Assembly (NCBI GenBank): GCA_045047305.1
Contig: JASFYO010000016.1
Span: forward strand, 1 to 64,000
Direction of reading: 5' to 3'
From: Planctomycetota bacterium
GTDB lineage: Bacteria > Planctomycetota > UBA1135
DNA: 64,000 nt
Shown one piece after another: positions 21,681 through 31,586 of this stretch. Under the pieces are notes generated by a model, which worked only from the letters and a program-made list of their open reading frames with translations, made no database searches and was not told where the DNA came from. How positions within the stretch are numbered: position 1 is the stretch's first letter; each line of letters begins with the position of its first letter. Position numbers and translations under genes: made by a program.

Positions 21681-22580
21681 ATGGCTACAACTGGAAAACG
21701 ATTAGGTAAAGGAATTGGCTCTCTTCTCTCGAACCGGCACGGTTCTGAGGATGAAAGCGGTGACGGAAAGCTGTGGGTGCCCCTAGAGCAGCTGCAACCA
21801 AACGTTGAGCAGCCCCGGATCGCATTGGACCGCGGAATTGAGCGGCTTTCTGAGTCATTGCGGCGCCACGGCATGATGCAGCCGATTGTCGTTACGCTTC
21901 AGCAAGGCGGCGGCTACCAAATCCTTGCGGGAGAGCGCAGGTGGCGCGCCGCTAGACTTGCCGGCCTTGCGCAGGTTCCGGTAATTCTACGCGAAGGCGT
22001 CCTTTCCGGGGAGGAACGACTGGAGCTCGCCTTGATTGAGAATATTCAGCGGGAGGATTTAGATCCAATCGAGAAAGCCAAGGCCTGTTCGCGCCTTATA
22101 ACCGAGTACGGGCTTTCGCAAGAGGAAGTGGCAACTAAGCTTGGATACCAAAGGTCTACGGTTGCAAACCTGGTACGGCTTCTTGGCTTGCCGAAGGAAA
22201 TCCAGGAGGATGTTTCACGTGAAACAATCACGGCGGGTCATGCTAGAGCCCTTCTTAAGCTGAATGATAGCCCTTTGCAGGCCCAGGCATGGAAGGAGAT
22301 CGTAACGGGGGGCTTAACTGTGCGCGACGCAGAAAGCCTTTGTGCGCAAATCTCGAAGGGCCAGCGTGAGCCCAAGCACGTGACTCGAGGAGCAAAGCCC
22401 GCTTGGGCGGGGGAGTTCCAGGAAAAAATATCACGACGGCTTGGATTAAAGGCGGAATTGAGGCTGCATGCTCGCGGTGGCGGCAAGCTGATCCTTCACT
22501 TTTCCGAAATAGATGATTTGGACCGCCTAAGCAAAGGCCTCGGCCTCCCTTCAGAGACCGAGGAGCTTATGGGCGAATGA
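21681..22580 (+). CDS. parB: Chromosome partitioning protein ParB/Spo0J
   Basis: Motifs RLGKGIGSLL, PNVEQPR, AGERRWRAA, ALIENIQREDL, HTH region, ITAGHARALL. Confidence 0.96.
   Translation: MATTGKRLGKGIGSLLSNRHGSEDESGDGKLWVPLEQLQPNVEQPRIALDRGIERLSESLRRHGMMQPIVVTLQQGGGYQILAGERRWRAARLAGLAQVPVILREGVLSGEERLELALIENIQREDLDPIEKAKACSRLITEYGLSQEEVATKLGYQRSTVANLVRLLGLPKEIQEDVSRETITAGHARALLKLNDSPLQAQAWKEIVTGGLTVRDAESLCAQISKGQREPKHVTRGAKPAWAGEFQEKISRRLGLKAELRLHARGGGKLILHFSEIDDLDRLSKGLGLPSETEELMGE
22211..22226. other. parS centromere site (perfect palindrome) inside parB
   Basis: TGTTTCACGTGAAACA is an exact match to the widespread parS consensus. Confidence 0.92.
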
Positions 22581-22589
22581 TTTACGGGC

Positions 22590-23504
22590 TTAAAGGACCA
22601 CGGCCGAGGAAACCTTGTAGGTCACATCGGTTTGAGGTGTCGCTAGAGCATCTTGGAGTCCCTCTAGGCCTTCTACGATAGAGCCAAATACAGAGGAGGT
22701 TCCGTCCGCATTTAGGTTGTCTTGAATGAAAAAGACGACCGAGTCCGCTTCTTGGATGCCAGGTTCACCAGGCTTGGCGGTAGTGGAAAGCGCCCCAGCT
22801 AGGTGAAAGAGGCCGAATTGGCGCTCGTTGGGAAGCCCCTCTTCTGCATCGGGGTTGAAGTCCTTTATGCTGAGCGAGTAGCCGAAGGCGGACATGTCTA
22901 GGCCGTTAAGCTGTTCGTTCTCTACTGCGGCCAAGAAGGCAGCGCTGGCAGCAGGCGCGCGGTCAGAGTATAGGCCGACAATAAGGTCGTAGGTACTGTC
23001 ATTGGAGGAGGTTATGCTGACTTTAACGCGCGCTCCTTGTGGCTCTGGGTTTTCCCAGGTGGTGCCACCTTTGGCTTGGTAGTCGATTACCCGTGCTAAT
23101 AGTTCCGCAGCTACGGTGGTGACCTTCCCGTTTTCAGAGACGGCCTTCCAGGCACCGGCTGAACTTTGAAGATCTTCAAGCGCCGATTTAAGGGGCGTCA
23201 TGGATTCGCTGTAGCCCGCGATGAGAGCAGAGCGGGTGGAGGTGAAAACAAAGACCGGGTAGATAAGAGGGTAGTTCTTCGCTTGAGCCAGGCTTTTGGG
23301 CAAGCTTTGTTCGAAATCACCAGCTAAATCGGCGTTAATTGTGTCAAGAACCCTCCAGGCCTCTGTTTGCTTTTTGAGCTTAAAGGCAGGGGCAAAATAC
23401 TGAAATCCTTGAATTCCCACGACGAGAAGGGCTAAGGCGAATAGAAAGAACCTATTCTTTTTGAGCCAATCGAACAGGGGAGTGTCTTCGAATGAAAGGA
23501 CCAT
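22590..23504 (-). CDS. Membrane-anchored protein with a degenerate C-terminal cyclophilin-like domain
   Basis: N-terminal TM helix; LIVGLYSDRAPAASAAF, HLAGALS and SSVFGSIVEGLE follow the cyclophilin pattern. Confidence 0.6.
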   Translation of the reverse strand: MVLSFEDTPLFDWLKKNRFFLFALALLVVGIQGFQYFAPAFKLKKQTEAWRVLDTINADLAGDFEQSLPKSLAQAKNYPLIYPVFVFTSTRSALIAGYSESMTPLKSALEDLQSSAGAWKAVSENGKVTTVAAELLARVIDYQAKGGTTWENPEPQGARVKVSITSSNDSTYDLIVGLYSDRAPAASAAFLAAVENEQLNGLDMSAFGYSLSIKDFNPDAEEGLPNERQFGLFHLAGALSTTAKPGEPGIQEADSVVFFIQDNLNADGTSSVFGSIVEGLEGLQDALATPQTDVTYKVSSAVVL

Positions 23505-23723
23505 GTGACGCTAAACTCTTTAATTCCTGGTGGTTAGGTGATTCTACCGCGGGGGACAAGGCCTGCGCATTGAGGTAATCACCGAAGTTGGGAAGCGAAT
23601 CCTACTTGATACTGACAGCCTCGGCAGGAGATTTTTCCGCATCAAGGTGGGCCTGGGAAGAAAGAAGCAAGCGGTTTGGAATCTGATGCGTAGAATATTG
23701 CCCTAGGGAGACCCCCCAGATTC

Positions 23724-25676
23724 ATGAAAACATTCACCACATACTTAGTTGGCCTAGCCCTAGTGGGCGGCATGACCGGTACCGGCTATGCCCAACTTGC
23801 CCCCCAAGCGCCCAAGGCAAAGGTCGCTAGCTTGGCAGCGCAGTTACCCGCCGACACCCTTTTCTACTTCGAAGTGCCAGACATTTCAGGTTTACGTGAG
23901 GGCATTGGAAGCTCCAGCCTAGGCAAGATTTACGGCGACCCAGAAATGCAGGCATTTTTGGCCGAAAGCCTTGGCATGCTTGATAAGTCTTGGGAGCAAA
24001 TTCGTGGCATGTCAGGCGGCATGGGCATTCCCGAAGAGCTCACCTATTGGGATGCACTAGTTTCCATGGAAGGTGGCCTTGCATTTCGTGCAGACCCTTC
24101 GGTAGAGGATCCGTTTTCTTCCACCCCACAGGTTTATGCTACGTTTCGCATTGGCCTGAAAGAGGGCCTTGGTCAACCAGTTTTTAACCTTTTGACCACG
24201 GCGCTAGAAAGCGAGGGAGTGGAGTTGGTTGGAAGCGAAAACGGCGAGATTCTGGTTACGGATTTCGGCGAGGGTTCTGTGGAAATTTTTCTTGATGGCG
24301 ACGCTCTTGTTGCAACCCTGCTGATAGGGGCTAAGGGCGAGGGAAGTCTCGCTTCTACGCAAAAGTTCATGGATGCCCGGAGCCAAACTTTTTCCGACGG
24401 TTCCGTGGTATTCGGTTACTTCCAATGGAACACCGCTTTAGAAGCGATGCTTCGTGGAGTTTCCTTTAAGGCTCCCATGTTCCATGGGCCAGCAAGTCGT
24501 CTATACGAGCGCGCATTGAAGCCAATTGATTCTCTGTCGTTTGCTTCTGGTTGGACCGAGCAAGGATCCTTTACTAATCTTCGCCTTGGCATGTCCGGCG
24601 AAGGCGAAGGCTTATTTTCTGTAGAAAAGGCGGACCTCGATCTGCTTAAGTATGTTCCATCCGATGCAAGTAGCTTTTACGTGAAGTCGGAAGCAACCCA
24701 AGTTGGTGCCTTCATCATGGAGACCATCGATGATTTCGGAAGCGTAGACATGGGCGGCATGGTTTTGCGCGATGGCCTAGCTGAAGAGGCACCAGAGGTT
24801 TACTCTTGGATTTTCGGCGATAAGCGCCCGGAGCTAGATGCCGCGATTGCTGGACTTGGAAGTCGTAGCTTTGGTTATGGAACCTCCGTTGGTATGCAGT
24901 CTGAAAATTTAATGTTCACTCAGTTGAAGGACGGCGCTGCTGTATCCAACATGCTGACTCAACTTATGCCACGCATGCGAGAGTTGCTCGATGAGCAAGG
25001 TTCCCCGATTCGCTTGAATATGAAGCGCGTTGCATTGCGCGTGAAGAAAGACGATGGCAGCATCGAAAACGTAAAAGGCCCAGCTTATTACATGATTGAT
25101 TTCGCCTTCATGGATGAAATGCCGCCGCAACTTAGCGCATTGACTGGTTCCTTCCAGCCAACCTTTGGCGTAACGGAAGACGGTTGGCTTGTTTTCTCGA
25201 TGTCGAAGCAGCCTGTGCGTCGCATACTAATGAATGGGATTGAAGTTCCTGAAGAAAACATCACTTCCAATCCGGATGTAGAAGGTTTTCTTGCAGGCCT
25301 CAAGCCGGGCGTCAGCGCAATCGCTTGGAGCGACCCTCGCCCTGCAGTCGACGCAGCAGCCGGCATGGCAATTGGCATGATGCCAATGTTGTTGGGCATG
25401 GCGGCAGGCGAAATGGACCTTCCATTCGAAGCCGATAAACTGCCTTCCGCAGAGCTTTTCTCGCGCTACTTAAGCCCAACGGAAAGCGTGAGCTGGACGA
25501 CTAAAACAGAGTGCATCTCTCGCACCGTGGGAAGCTTTGGCTTGGCTGACATGTTTACTGTTGCTGGTGCTGTCACCGCGATTGGACCTCCAGCCGCGAT
25601 GTTCTTTATGATGGATAGCGGTGGCGGCATGCAGCAAGTTGCCCCACCTTCTCCAGCTGAGGAAGAAGAGTTTTAA
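23724..25676 (+). CDS. Exported hypothetical protein
   Basis: 650 aa ORF with a signal peptide and a GGAG RBS upstream; no recognised catalytic motif. Confidence 0.75.
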   Translation: MKTFTTYLVGLALVGGMTGTGYAQLAPQAPKAKVASLAAQLPADTLFYFEVPDISGLREGIGSSSLGKIYGDPEMQAFLAESLGMLDKSWEQIRGMSGGMGIPEELTYWDALVSMEGGLAFRADPSVEDPFSSTPQVYATFRIGLKEGLGQPVFNLLTTALESEGVELVGSENGEILVTDFGEGSVEIFLDGDALVATLLIGAKGEGSLASTQKFMDARSQTFSDGSVVFGYFQWNTALEAMLRGVSFKAPMFHGPASRLYERALKPIDSLSFASGWTEQGSFTNLRLGMSGEGEGLFSVEKADLDLLKYVPSDASSFYVKSEATQVGAFIMETIDDFGSVDMGGMVLRDGLAEEAPEVYSWIFGDKRPELDAAIAGLGSRSFGYGTSVGMQSENLMFTQLKDGAAVSNMLTQLMPRMRELLDEQGSPIRLNMKRVALRVKKDDGSIENVKGPAYYMIDFAFMDEMPPQLSALTGSFQPTFGVTEDGWLVFSMSKQPVRRILMNGIEVPEENITSNPDVEGFLAGLKPGVSAIAWSDPRPAVDAAAGMAIGMMPMLLGMAAGEMDLPFEADKLPSAELFSRYLSPTESVSWTTKTECISRTVGSFGLADMFTVAGAVTAIGPPAAMFFMMDSGGGMQQVAPPSPAEEEEF

Positions 25677-25682
25677 CTCTCA

Positions 25683-26663
25683 TTGAGACTTAGACGTTCC
25701 GCTTTTTCGGCGCTCCTAGCATTTTTGCTGGGAGCGCCGCTTTTACTTTCTGAGGCATCGGCTCAGCAGGGTGGGGAACTCATGCATGGGCAAACCCAAC
25801 ACTTTGATTGGACTTCGCCCAAGGACCAGCTTGCGCGCACTCGTCCGCTTATCGAAACCGTGGAGCAAGAGCTGAGTGAAATTAGCGCATGGCTTGGCTT
25901 GCCTCCAGCCCCGACAGGCAAGCTTATTTGGATTACGGACAAGCAGGATCTGGACACGCTTTTGGGCTACCGCGCTCCGACTTGGTATGCAGCGGTTACC
26001 CAGCCAAATGAAAACCGAATCATCATGGTGATTCACGCCTCACATAGCCAAGCTCAGCTACACAAGACTTTGCGTCATGAGCTCGTGCATTGGGCGATGC
26101 AGTCTTTGGGGCCCAAAGCTTGGGCGGCCCAGGCTTCATGGGTTCACGAGGGAATCGCAGAGGTCTGGACAGAGCAGAACCTGTTGGGGGGCATGGAGGT
26201 CTCTCTTTCGTGGCCTGCTTTCCGAAATGAACTTCCATTTTTAGGGGATTTTGAGAGTAGTTTTGGCAGTGACCCATATCGTGCGGCCCAGGGGTATGCT
26301 CTTTCCCGCGCTTTTTTTGCGCGGTTGCAAAGGATTTACGGGAATGAAATTTTTGCCAAGCTCATGGAGAAGATGCTTTCCGGCATTACTCTGGACCGCG
26401 CACTGATCGATCTAACCGGCAATGGGATAATTGATCATGAACAAGAGATGCGCCACGAGTTGGGCTCCCTCAGTAGGCTGCTCGCAGACTTTTACCCCCA
26501 ATTTTTTCTTTTTATGACACTTATCCTTACGCTTGGGTTTCCCTTGGCCATGCGTAGGAAGCGGCGCCGTCATGAGGCTTTGGCGCAAAAGTGGGAAGCA
26601 GAAGATGGACTTCTCGACGAAGACGAGGAGGGCAGCGATGATATGTGGCGGAACCAGTCTTGA
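25683..26663 (+). CDS. Peptidase MA-like zinc metalloprotease (gluzincin) with a C-terminal membrane anchor
   Basis: HELVH (HExxH) plus WVHEGIAE; signal peptide; C-terminal TM followed by basic residues. Confidence 0.8.
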   Translation: MRLRRSAFSALLAFLLGAPLLLSEASAQQGGELMHGQTQHFDWTSPKDQLARTRPLIETVEQELSEISAWLGLPPAPTGKLIWITDKQDLDTLLGYRAPTWYAAVTQPNENRIIMVIHASHSQAQLHKTLRHELVHWAMQSLGPKAWAAQASWVHEGIAEVWTEQNLLGGMEVSLSWPAFRNELPFLGDFESSFGSDPYRAAQGYALSRAFFARLQRIYGNEIFAKLMEKMLSGITLDRALIDLTGNGIIDHEQEMRHELGSLSRLLADFYPQFFLFMTLILTLGFPLAMRRKRRRHEALAQKWEAEDGLLDEDEEGSDDMWRNQS

Positions 26664-27352
26664 GTAAACCTAAATCTCGCCGCCGTCGCAGGACTCGACG
26701 CTTTACCAATCGCCTTGCGGTGCTTGTTGGCCCGGTATTTTTTCGGATGCTAGCCGCAACGTGGCGCGTGAAGTATGTGAACCGAGAGCTCCTAGAGGAG
26801 CAACACATAAATGGAGATGCTCCGGTGTTAGCCTTTTGGCATCAACAGATTCCCGCGGCCATTGGATCCCACCAAGGCTATCCAGTACGCGTGATGGTGA
26901 GTCTAAATCGTGACGGGGAAATGATTGCGAATCTCGCTACTCGCTTGGGCTACAAAACGATTCGCGGATCGTCTTCACGGGGCGCTTCGCAAGCGCTACG
27001 TGAGATGGTTGAGGCCGCCAAAGGCGAGGAAGCCCTGGGCATTACTCCCGATGGCCCTCGTGGGCCTCTGCATTCGGTTGCGCCCGGTGTGGTTTATGTC
27101 GCAGCGGTGAGCGGCAGAGTGCTTATGAGTACAGGGTTCGCCACGTCGAAAGCTTGGCACGCAAGGTCCTGGGATCGCATGGTTATCCCGAAACCTTTTG
27201 CCAGAGTAATGATTGCTTATGATGCCTCGCTTGGCGTGCTCGACCCAGCTGCTGCGCGCGAAGGTAAAGAACAAACAAGCGCACGGCAAGGGGTGAAAGA
27301 AAGTCTCGATCGTGCGGAAGCAAAAGCTAAAGAAGCCCTGCAAAACCTGTGA
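26660..27352 (+). CDS. DUF374 / lysophospholipid acyltransferase-family protein
   Basis: Motifs AFWH, SLNRDGE, IRGSSSRG, ITPDGPRGP, SWDRMVIPKPF. Confidence 0.88.
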   Translation: MSKPKSRRRRRTRRFTNRLAVLVGPVFFRMLAATWRVKYVNRELLEEQHINGDAPVLAFWHQQIPAAIGSHQGYPVRVMVSLNRDGEMIANLATRLGYKTIRGSSSRGASQALREMVEAAKGEEALGITPDGPRGPLHSVAPGVVYVAAVSGRVLMSTGFATSKAWHARSWDRMVIPKPFARVMIAYDASLGVLDPAAAREGKEQTSARQGVKESLDRAEAKAKEALQNL

Positions 27353-28251
27353 CCAACGTTTTTGTATTAAGCAGCCAAGAAGGGCGTCAGCTCTCCGACG
27401 CTTTGCATCAAGCGGGATATGAGTTCCGCAACCTCCAACATGCGGTTTTTCAAGCGCGTGGCGAAGGCGTGGTGGTGAGTCTGTATAAAAGTGGCAAGTT
27501 GGTGGTGCAAGGGAAGGGGATGGAGGCATGGCACACGCAATACCTAGGAGCGAAAGAAACTGCTCCATCAAAAAAACCACCGTCTAATCAAGAGTCGGGC
27601 GCCTTTCCACCGCCGGCAAATAGCATCGGGTCCGATGAAGCGGGCAAGGGCGATACTTTTGGGCCTTTGGTTGTTGCGGCGCTTGCTATTCCCGCGGCGA
27701 AAGTAGAGGAGTTACAAAAATCAAAGGTCGCCGATTCGAAGACGATTGATGATCGCCGCATTCGGGTTTTGGGGCCATGGTTGCGCGAAAATTTTGATTT
27801 TGAAATTCGTTGCCTCATGCCGAATGACTACAACTCGGCGTGGTGCGACGCTGGTAGAAACGTGAATACACTTTTGACGCAACTACATTTCGAATGCGAT
27901 TACGCTTTGCTCACCCGCACCGGATTTCAAACCATTGTGGTTGATCGGTTTTCTCCGGCTTGTCCGGTCGGAAAACGCATGAGGGCTGCAGAACCGGATG
28001 CTCATGTGGTTGAAGTCCCTCGTGCAGAAGCACATCTTGCGGTCGCAGCGGCATCGGTATTAGCGCGCGAGCAATTCTTGATTGGGATGGAAGAGCTTTC
28101 GGCCCAATGGGCTATGGATATCCCACGTGGAAGCGGGGGGCCGGTGCCACCAGCGTTGCGCGAGTTTTTGCGCATTCATAGTGCTGCACAATTGAACCAA
28201 GTGGCTAAAGTTCACTTCAAAAACGTACAGAGTTTTCTCGCGCAGAATTGA
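27349..28251 (+). CDS. rnhC: Ribonuclease HIII
   Basis: N-terminal TBP-like domain (VSLYKSGKLVVQG), IGSDEAGKGDTFGPLVV, AVAAASVLAR, AKVHFKN. Confidence 0.9.
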   Translation: MTNVFVLSSQEGRQLSDALHQAGYEFRNLQHAVFQARGEGVVVSLYKSGKLVVQGKGMEAWHTQYLGAKETAPSKKPPSNQESGAFPPPANSIGSDEAGKGDTFGPLVVAALAIPAAKVEELQKSKVADSKTIDDRRIRVLGPWLRENFDFEIRCLMPNDYNSAWCDAGRNVNTLLTQLHFECDYALLTRTGFQTIVVDRFSPACPVGKRMRAAEPDAHVVEVPRAEAHLAVAAASVLAREQFLIGMEELSAQWAMDIPRGSGGPVPPALREFLRIHSAAQLNQVAKVHFKNVQSFLAQN

Positions 28252-28252
28252 A

Positions 28253-28792
28253 ATGAACCATTCTCCAAGCAAGGCCCATGGCGGGATTGACCGACCTTTC
28301 CAAGCGTTAAATATTCGCGTGCTAACGGTTTCGGATTCGCGAGATCTAGAAACCGATAAATCGGGCCTGTTGTTACAAGAACTTTGTACGGCTGAGGGTC
28401 ACAAAGTTTCCTTGCGCGAGGTCATCCCCGACAACGAAACAGATATCCGCTGTCGGGTGGAGGCGTGGGCGAATGAAGAATCGGTCGACGCCATTCTCGT
28501 GACCGGTGGCACGGGTGTCACGTGTCGTGATGTCACCCCCGAAGCGATAGAGCCTTTGTATGACAAGGCCTTGCCAGGATTTGGTGAGCTCTTTCGTCAC
28601 CTCAGCTTTGCCGAAATAGGCACTTCTTGTATTCAATCTCGCGCCTCAGCTGGATTGATTCAACGCACGGTTGTATTTTTGATGCCTGGATCGACTGGAG
28701 CATGTCGTCTTGCTGTAGAGAACATCATATTGCCTCAACTTGACGCACGTACGCGCCCTTGCTCTTTCGCGGAATTGCGCGATTCGTTTTAA
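28253..28792 (+). CDS. moaB: Molybdenum cofactor biosynthesis protein B
   Basis: Motifs LTVSDSR, DKSG, TGGTG, DVTPEA, LPGFGELFR, MPGSTGAC. Confidence 0.92.
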   Translation: MNHSPSKAHGGIDRPFQALNIRVLTVSDSRDLETDKSGLLLQELCTAEGHKVSLREVIPDNETDIRCRVEAWANEESVDAILVTGGTGVTCRDVTPEAIEPLYDKALPGFGELFRHLSFAEIGTSCIQSRASAGLIQRTVVFLMPGSTGACRLAVENIILPQLDARTRPCSFAELRDSF

Positions 28793-29163
28793 GTTTTCGA
28801 CTCAGCGTCGTCATCGCCAAAGGGTTCGCCACTGTCTCGCCCGACAGGTTCGACTTTCGGCTCTTCTTCAGCAACGGTTTCGGATTCCGCTTCTGCAGCA
28901 GGCTCTTCTTTGGCCGGACCTGCAAATGGGTCCATGTCTTTGCGCCAATCATAAGAGGCCGTGCGCAAGTCATCGGTCTCGCGTTTGATGTCGCGCATGG
29001 CATCGTCCAAACCGCTTTCACGCTTGAGGTCATTGAGGGAGCGGCGGAGGCCAAACCAGACTTTGCCGATTTCACGCATCACTTCCGGAAGCCGGCCGCC
29101 AAAAAGCAGCAAGCCAACGACTGCAGCGAGCATAAGCTCGGAGGTACCGATGAAGGCCATCAT
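28789..29163 (-). CDS. Twin-arginine translocase TatA/TatB-family subunit
   Basis: GTSELMLAAVVGLLLFGGRLPEVMREIG: TM helix, FG hinge and amphipathic helix, then an acidic tail. Confidence 0.85.
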   Translation of the reverse strand: MMAFIGTSELMLAAVVGLLLFGGRLPEVMREIGKVWFGLRRSLNDLKRESGLDDAMRDIKRETDDLRTASYDWRKDMDPFAGPAKEEPAAEAESETVAEEEPKVEPVGRDSGEPFGDDDAESKT

Positions 29164-31586
29164 TATTGGAACTTTAGTCTAGCGAGGTCGCGGCTACCGT
29201 AACTGTCGGCAAAGAAACGTGGACTGATATTAAAGTACACGCCTTTTTCTCCGGTGGATTGGACCAGCTGATATCCAAATTCGAAGAGGAAGTCGTGTCC
29301 GTAGTACTGTGTGGCATAGGCAGAGCGTAGGCCGGCATTACCGGCGAAGTTTTCAGATTGGCGGAAACCGAAGGCCCATTCCTCGCTGATGCGGACTCCC
29401 CCAAAAACAGAGGCTAAGCCAAAATCTAAACTGGTTTTGCGCGCCTCATAATAATCGGCGCCATAATAAATGCTGCGGTCAGGGCTTACGGTAATCCGGG
29501 TGAACAGCTCTTCCGTGGTTCCGCGCTCAAAGTCATGGCGTAAGCGCGCATCCCAGCGTAGGCCTTCCAAGGCTTTGTGGTAGACGCCAGGAGTCCAGGT
29601 GATTCGCAATTCTGCTGGACCGATGCCGGAGTTTTGGGGTCCTCGAGGAAATGGAGCGATCGAGGTTTGGAGAAGATTCGAGGCGTCGGTGTACCACGGC
29701 ATAAGCAGGTTGACGTCGAGCCACGGCCCCTTTGAATTTGGAGCATAATAAAATTGGCGTAAGGAAAACTCCATGACCTCGCCATCATGTAAAAGGTCAT
29801 TTCCGTCGAAATCGAATACGGGGCCGGTCGCCTTCCGGTTGGCGGTTTTGGAGCGAAAGCGAATTTGGGGTAGCACTAAATGGCGCCAACCATCTTCAAA
29901 TCGTTTCTCCAGAACAATGCCTGTTTCAAGGAAGGCTTCGGTAAATAGTTGCTCCTCTTGAACCGCGCCTACGGTGTCATCTTCCCAAACGGATCCCTCA
30001 ACGCGCACTCCAGGGCGGAAGAAAAGGCCAGATTGGTGAAATGGAACGGCTGCTTCACTCCAAAACCGGCCGCGAGTACGTGACACGGTAGGCAAAGATG
30101 CAAAGGTTCGGTTGCGGCTGGCCAAGATGTTGCGGTCACGTAGTTGAAAATTCCCGACTTCGGCGCCCCAGGAAAAGTTTAGTGGACTTCCATTTTCATC
30201 GCCACCTAGAGTGTCGGTCGGAATGTCCCAAATGGAGCTGGAGAAGTCGTCGTAAGACAAGACGGGCAAAACATCGAGGGATTGAGGAGCTGCATTCGGG
30301 GGACTGCCGAAGCCCTCAATTGGAGTGAAGCCGATGTCATCTAGGCGGTAAATGGCATTGGCTGAAAGGAAGCTGTCTTCTCCGCGCCGACGAAGAAAAA
30401 TTTGGGATTCCGCGTCGTCCTTTTTAGTCCAATCATTTTGAAAGAACTCAGGGTCCACTAAGGGGTCCGAGGTGAGGGCAAGATTTGCGTCTAGCAGCCA
30501 ACGGTCATCCAGGGTCCAGCGGTTGTACCAACGCAATCGGGTTCTGGTATCAGAGTTACGTTTCAGGCTCCGCCTTAGTCCATGCTGGTCACTGCCTTCA
30601 TCATTTAGATAAAAGAAATCAAGAGTGCCTTTGTAACCAGGAGAAATCCCTTCAAGGCGAAGCTCCAAAGGGAAGCCGCGATCCGAACTGTAGGTTGGCT
30701 CGAAGGTCCAGTCGAGTGCGCTTTTGCCGTCTTCTGATTCCGTCCGCCCGCCAAAGCGTGGGGCGATGGCATTTCCGAGTCTGCGACTGGAGCCAAAAAC
30801 GACTCCGCGAAAGCCGAGGAAGTTGCTGTCGGGGGAAAAGTCCGGAGTCGGTACCGGGAGGACCGAGAAGCCTCCAAGTTGGAGCCAACCCCCAGACGGA
30901 TGCCAAACAAAATCTCCGTCTGCCTGAGGCTCAGCGACGAGTTCTGCAAAACGCACGCTGTAATGGGGAGGGCGATCTAAGCAAGTACTCAGGGTGGCGC
31001 CATGGGCGACGACGAGACCGTCGGAAGTTTCTTTCACCTCATCCGCGGTCATGCGTACTGGCCAGCCATTGGGGCCGCCGCGCCCAGGCGGAAGATTCAT
31101 CTCCACTACCGATGCGAGGCTGTGGCCGTCGGCGGGCCAATTCTGAAGGCGATCACAAAAGAGCTGGACTCCTGAGCTCACAATTTCAACGTGACCTTCT
31201 AGGCGAATTTCTCGAATGAGAGAATCGTTTTCAGGGAGTCCGAGAGCAAGCAGCACCTTGCGGCTCCAAAGCCCAGTAAAGAGTGGAATTGATTTTGAAT
31301 TCGGCAGATTTTCCGAATTTGAGTGCGGATTCGATGCGACAGGGGCATCTAGACCCAAATATTGGCGATAACCCGCACCGTCTAGCCAGATGGTGACGCG
31401 ATCTGCGCGTACTACCAAATCAGGCGCTTCTAAGAAAAGCTCTGAAATACGATACACCATGGCGTCGCCTTCTTCGGCGGAAGTAATCTTTGCCGTTTCG
31501 AGTCGTGTACCACCCTGAGGCTCCTGTAGCGGAGGGGGCGGCGGCTCTGCTTGCTGCGCGAGAGCCAGGAGAAGGGTGGTCAGCAT
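29163..31586 (-). CDS. lptD: LptD-like outer-membrane LPS assembly protein
   Basis: 807 aa; ATLSTC..RPPHY motif typical of LptD; beta-barrel-like C-terminal region; in an operon with kdsD and kdsC. Confidence 0.65.
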   Translation of the reverse strand: MLTTLLLALAQQAEPPPPPLQEPQGGTRLETAKITSAEEGDAMVYRISELFLEAPDLVVRADRVTIWLDGAGYRQYLGLDAPVASNPHSNSENLPNSKSIPLFTGLWSRKVLLALGLPENDSLIREIRLEGHVEIVSSGVQLFCDRLQNWPADGHSLASVVEMNLPPGRGGPNGWPVRMTADEVKETSDGLVVAHGATLSTCLDRPPHYSVRFAELVAEPQADGDFVWHPSGGWLQLGGFSVLPVPTPDFSPDSNFLGFRGVVFGSSRRLGNAIAPRFGGRTESEDGKSALDWTFEPTYSSDRGFPLELRLEGISPGYKGTLDFFYLNDEGSDQHGLRRSLKRNSDTRTRLRWYNRWTLDDRWLLDANLALTSDPLVDPEFFQNDWTKKDDAESQIFLRRRGEDSFLSANAIYRLDDIGFTPIEGFGSPPNAAPQSLDVLPVLSYDDFSSSIWDIPTDTLGGDENGSPLNFSWGAEVGNFQLRDRNILASRNRTFASLPTVSRTRGRFWSEAAVPFHQSGLFFRPGVRVEGSVWEDDTVGAVQEEQLFTEAFLETGIVLEKRFEDGWRHLVLPQIRFRSKTANRKATGPVFDFDGNDLLHDGEVMEFSLRQFYYAPNSKGPWLDVNLLMPWYTDASNLLQTSIAPFPRGPQNSGIGPAELRITWTPGVYHKALEGLRWDARLRHDFERGTTEELFTRITVSPDRSIYYGADYYEARKTSLDFGLASVFGGVRISEEWAFGFRQSENFAGNAGLRSAYATQYYGHDFLFEFGYQLVQSTGEKGVYFNISPRFFADSYGSRDLARLKFQ

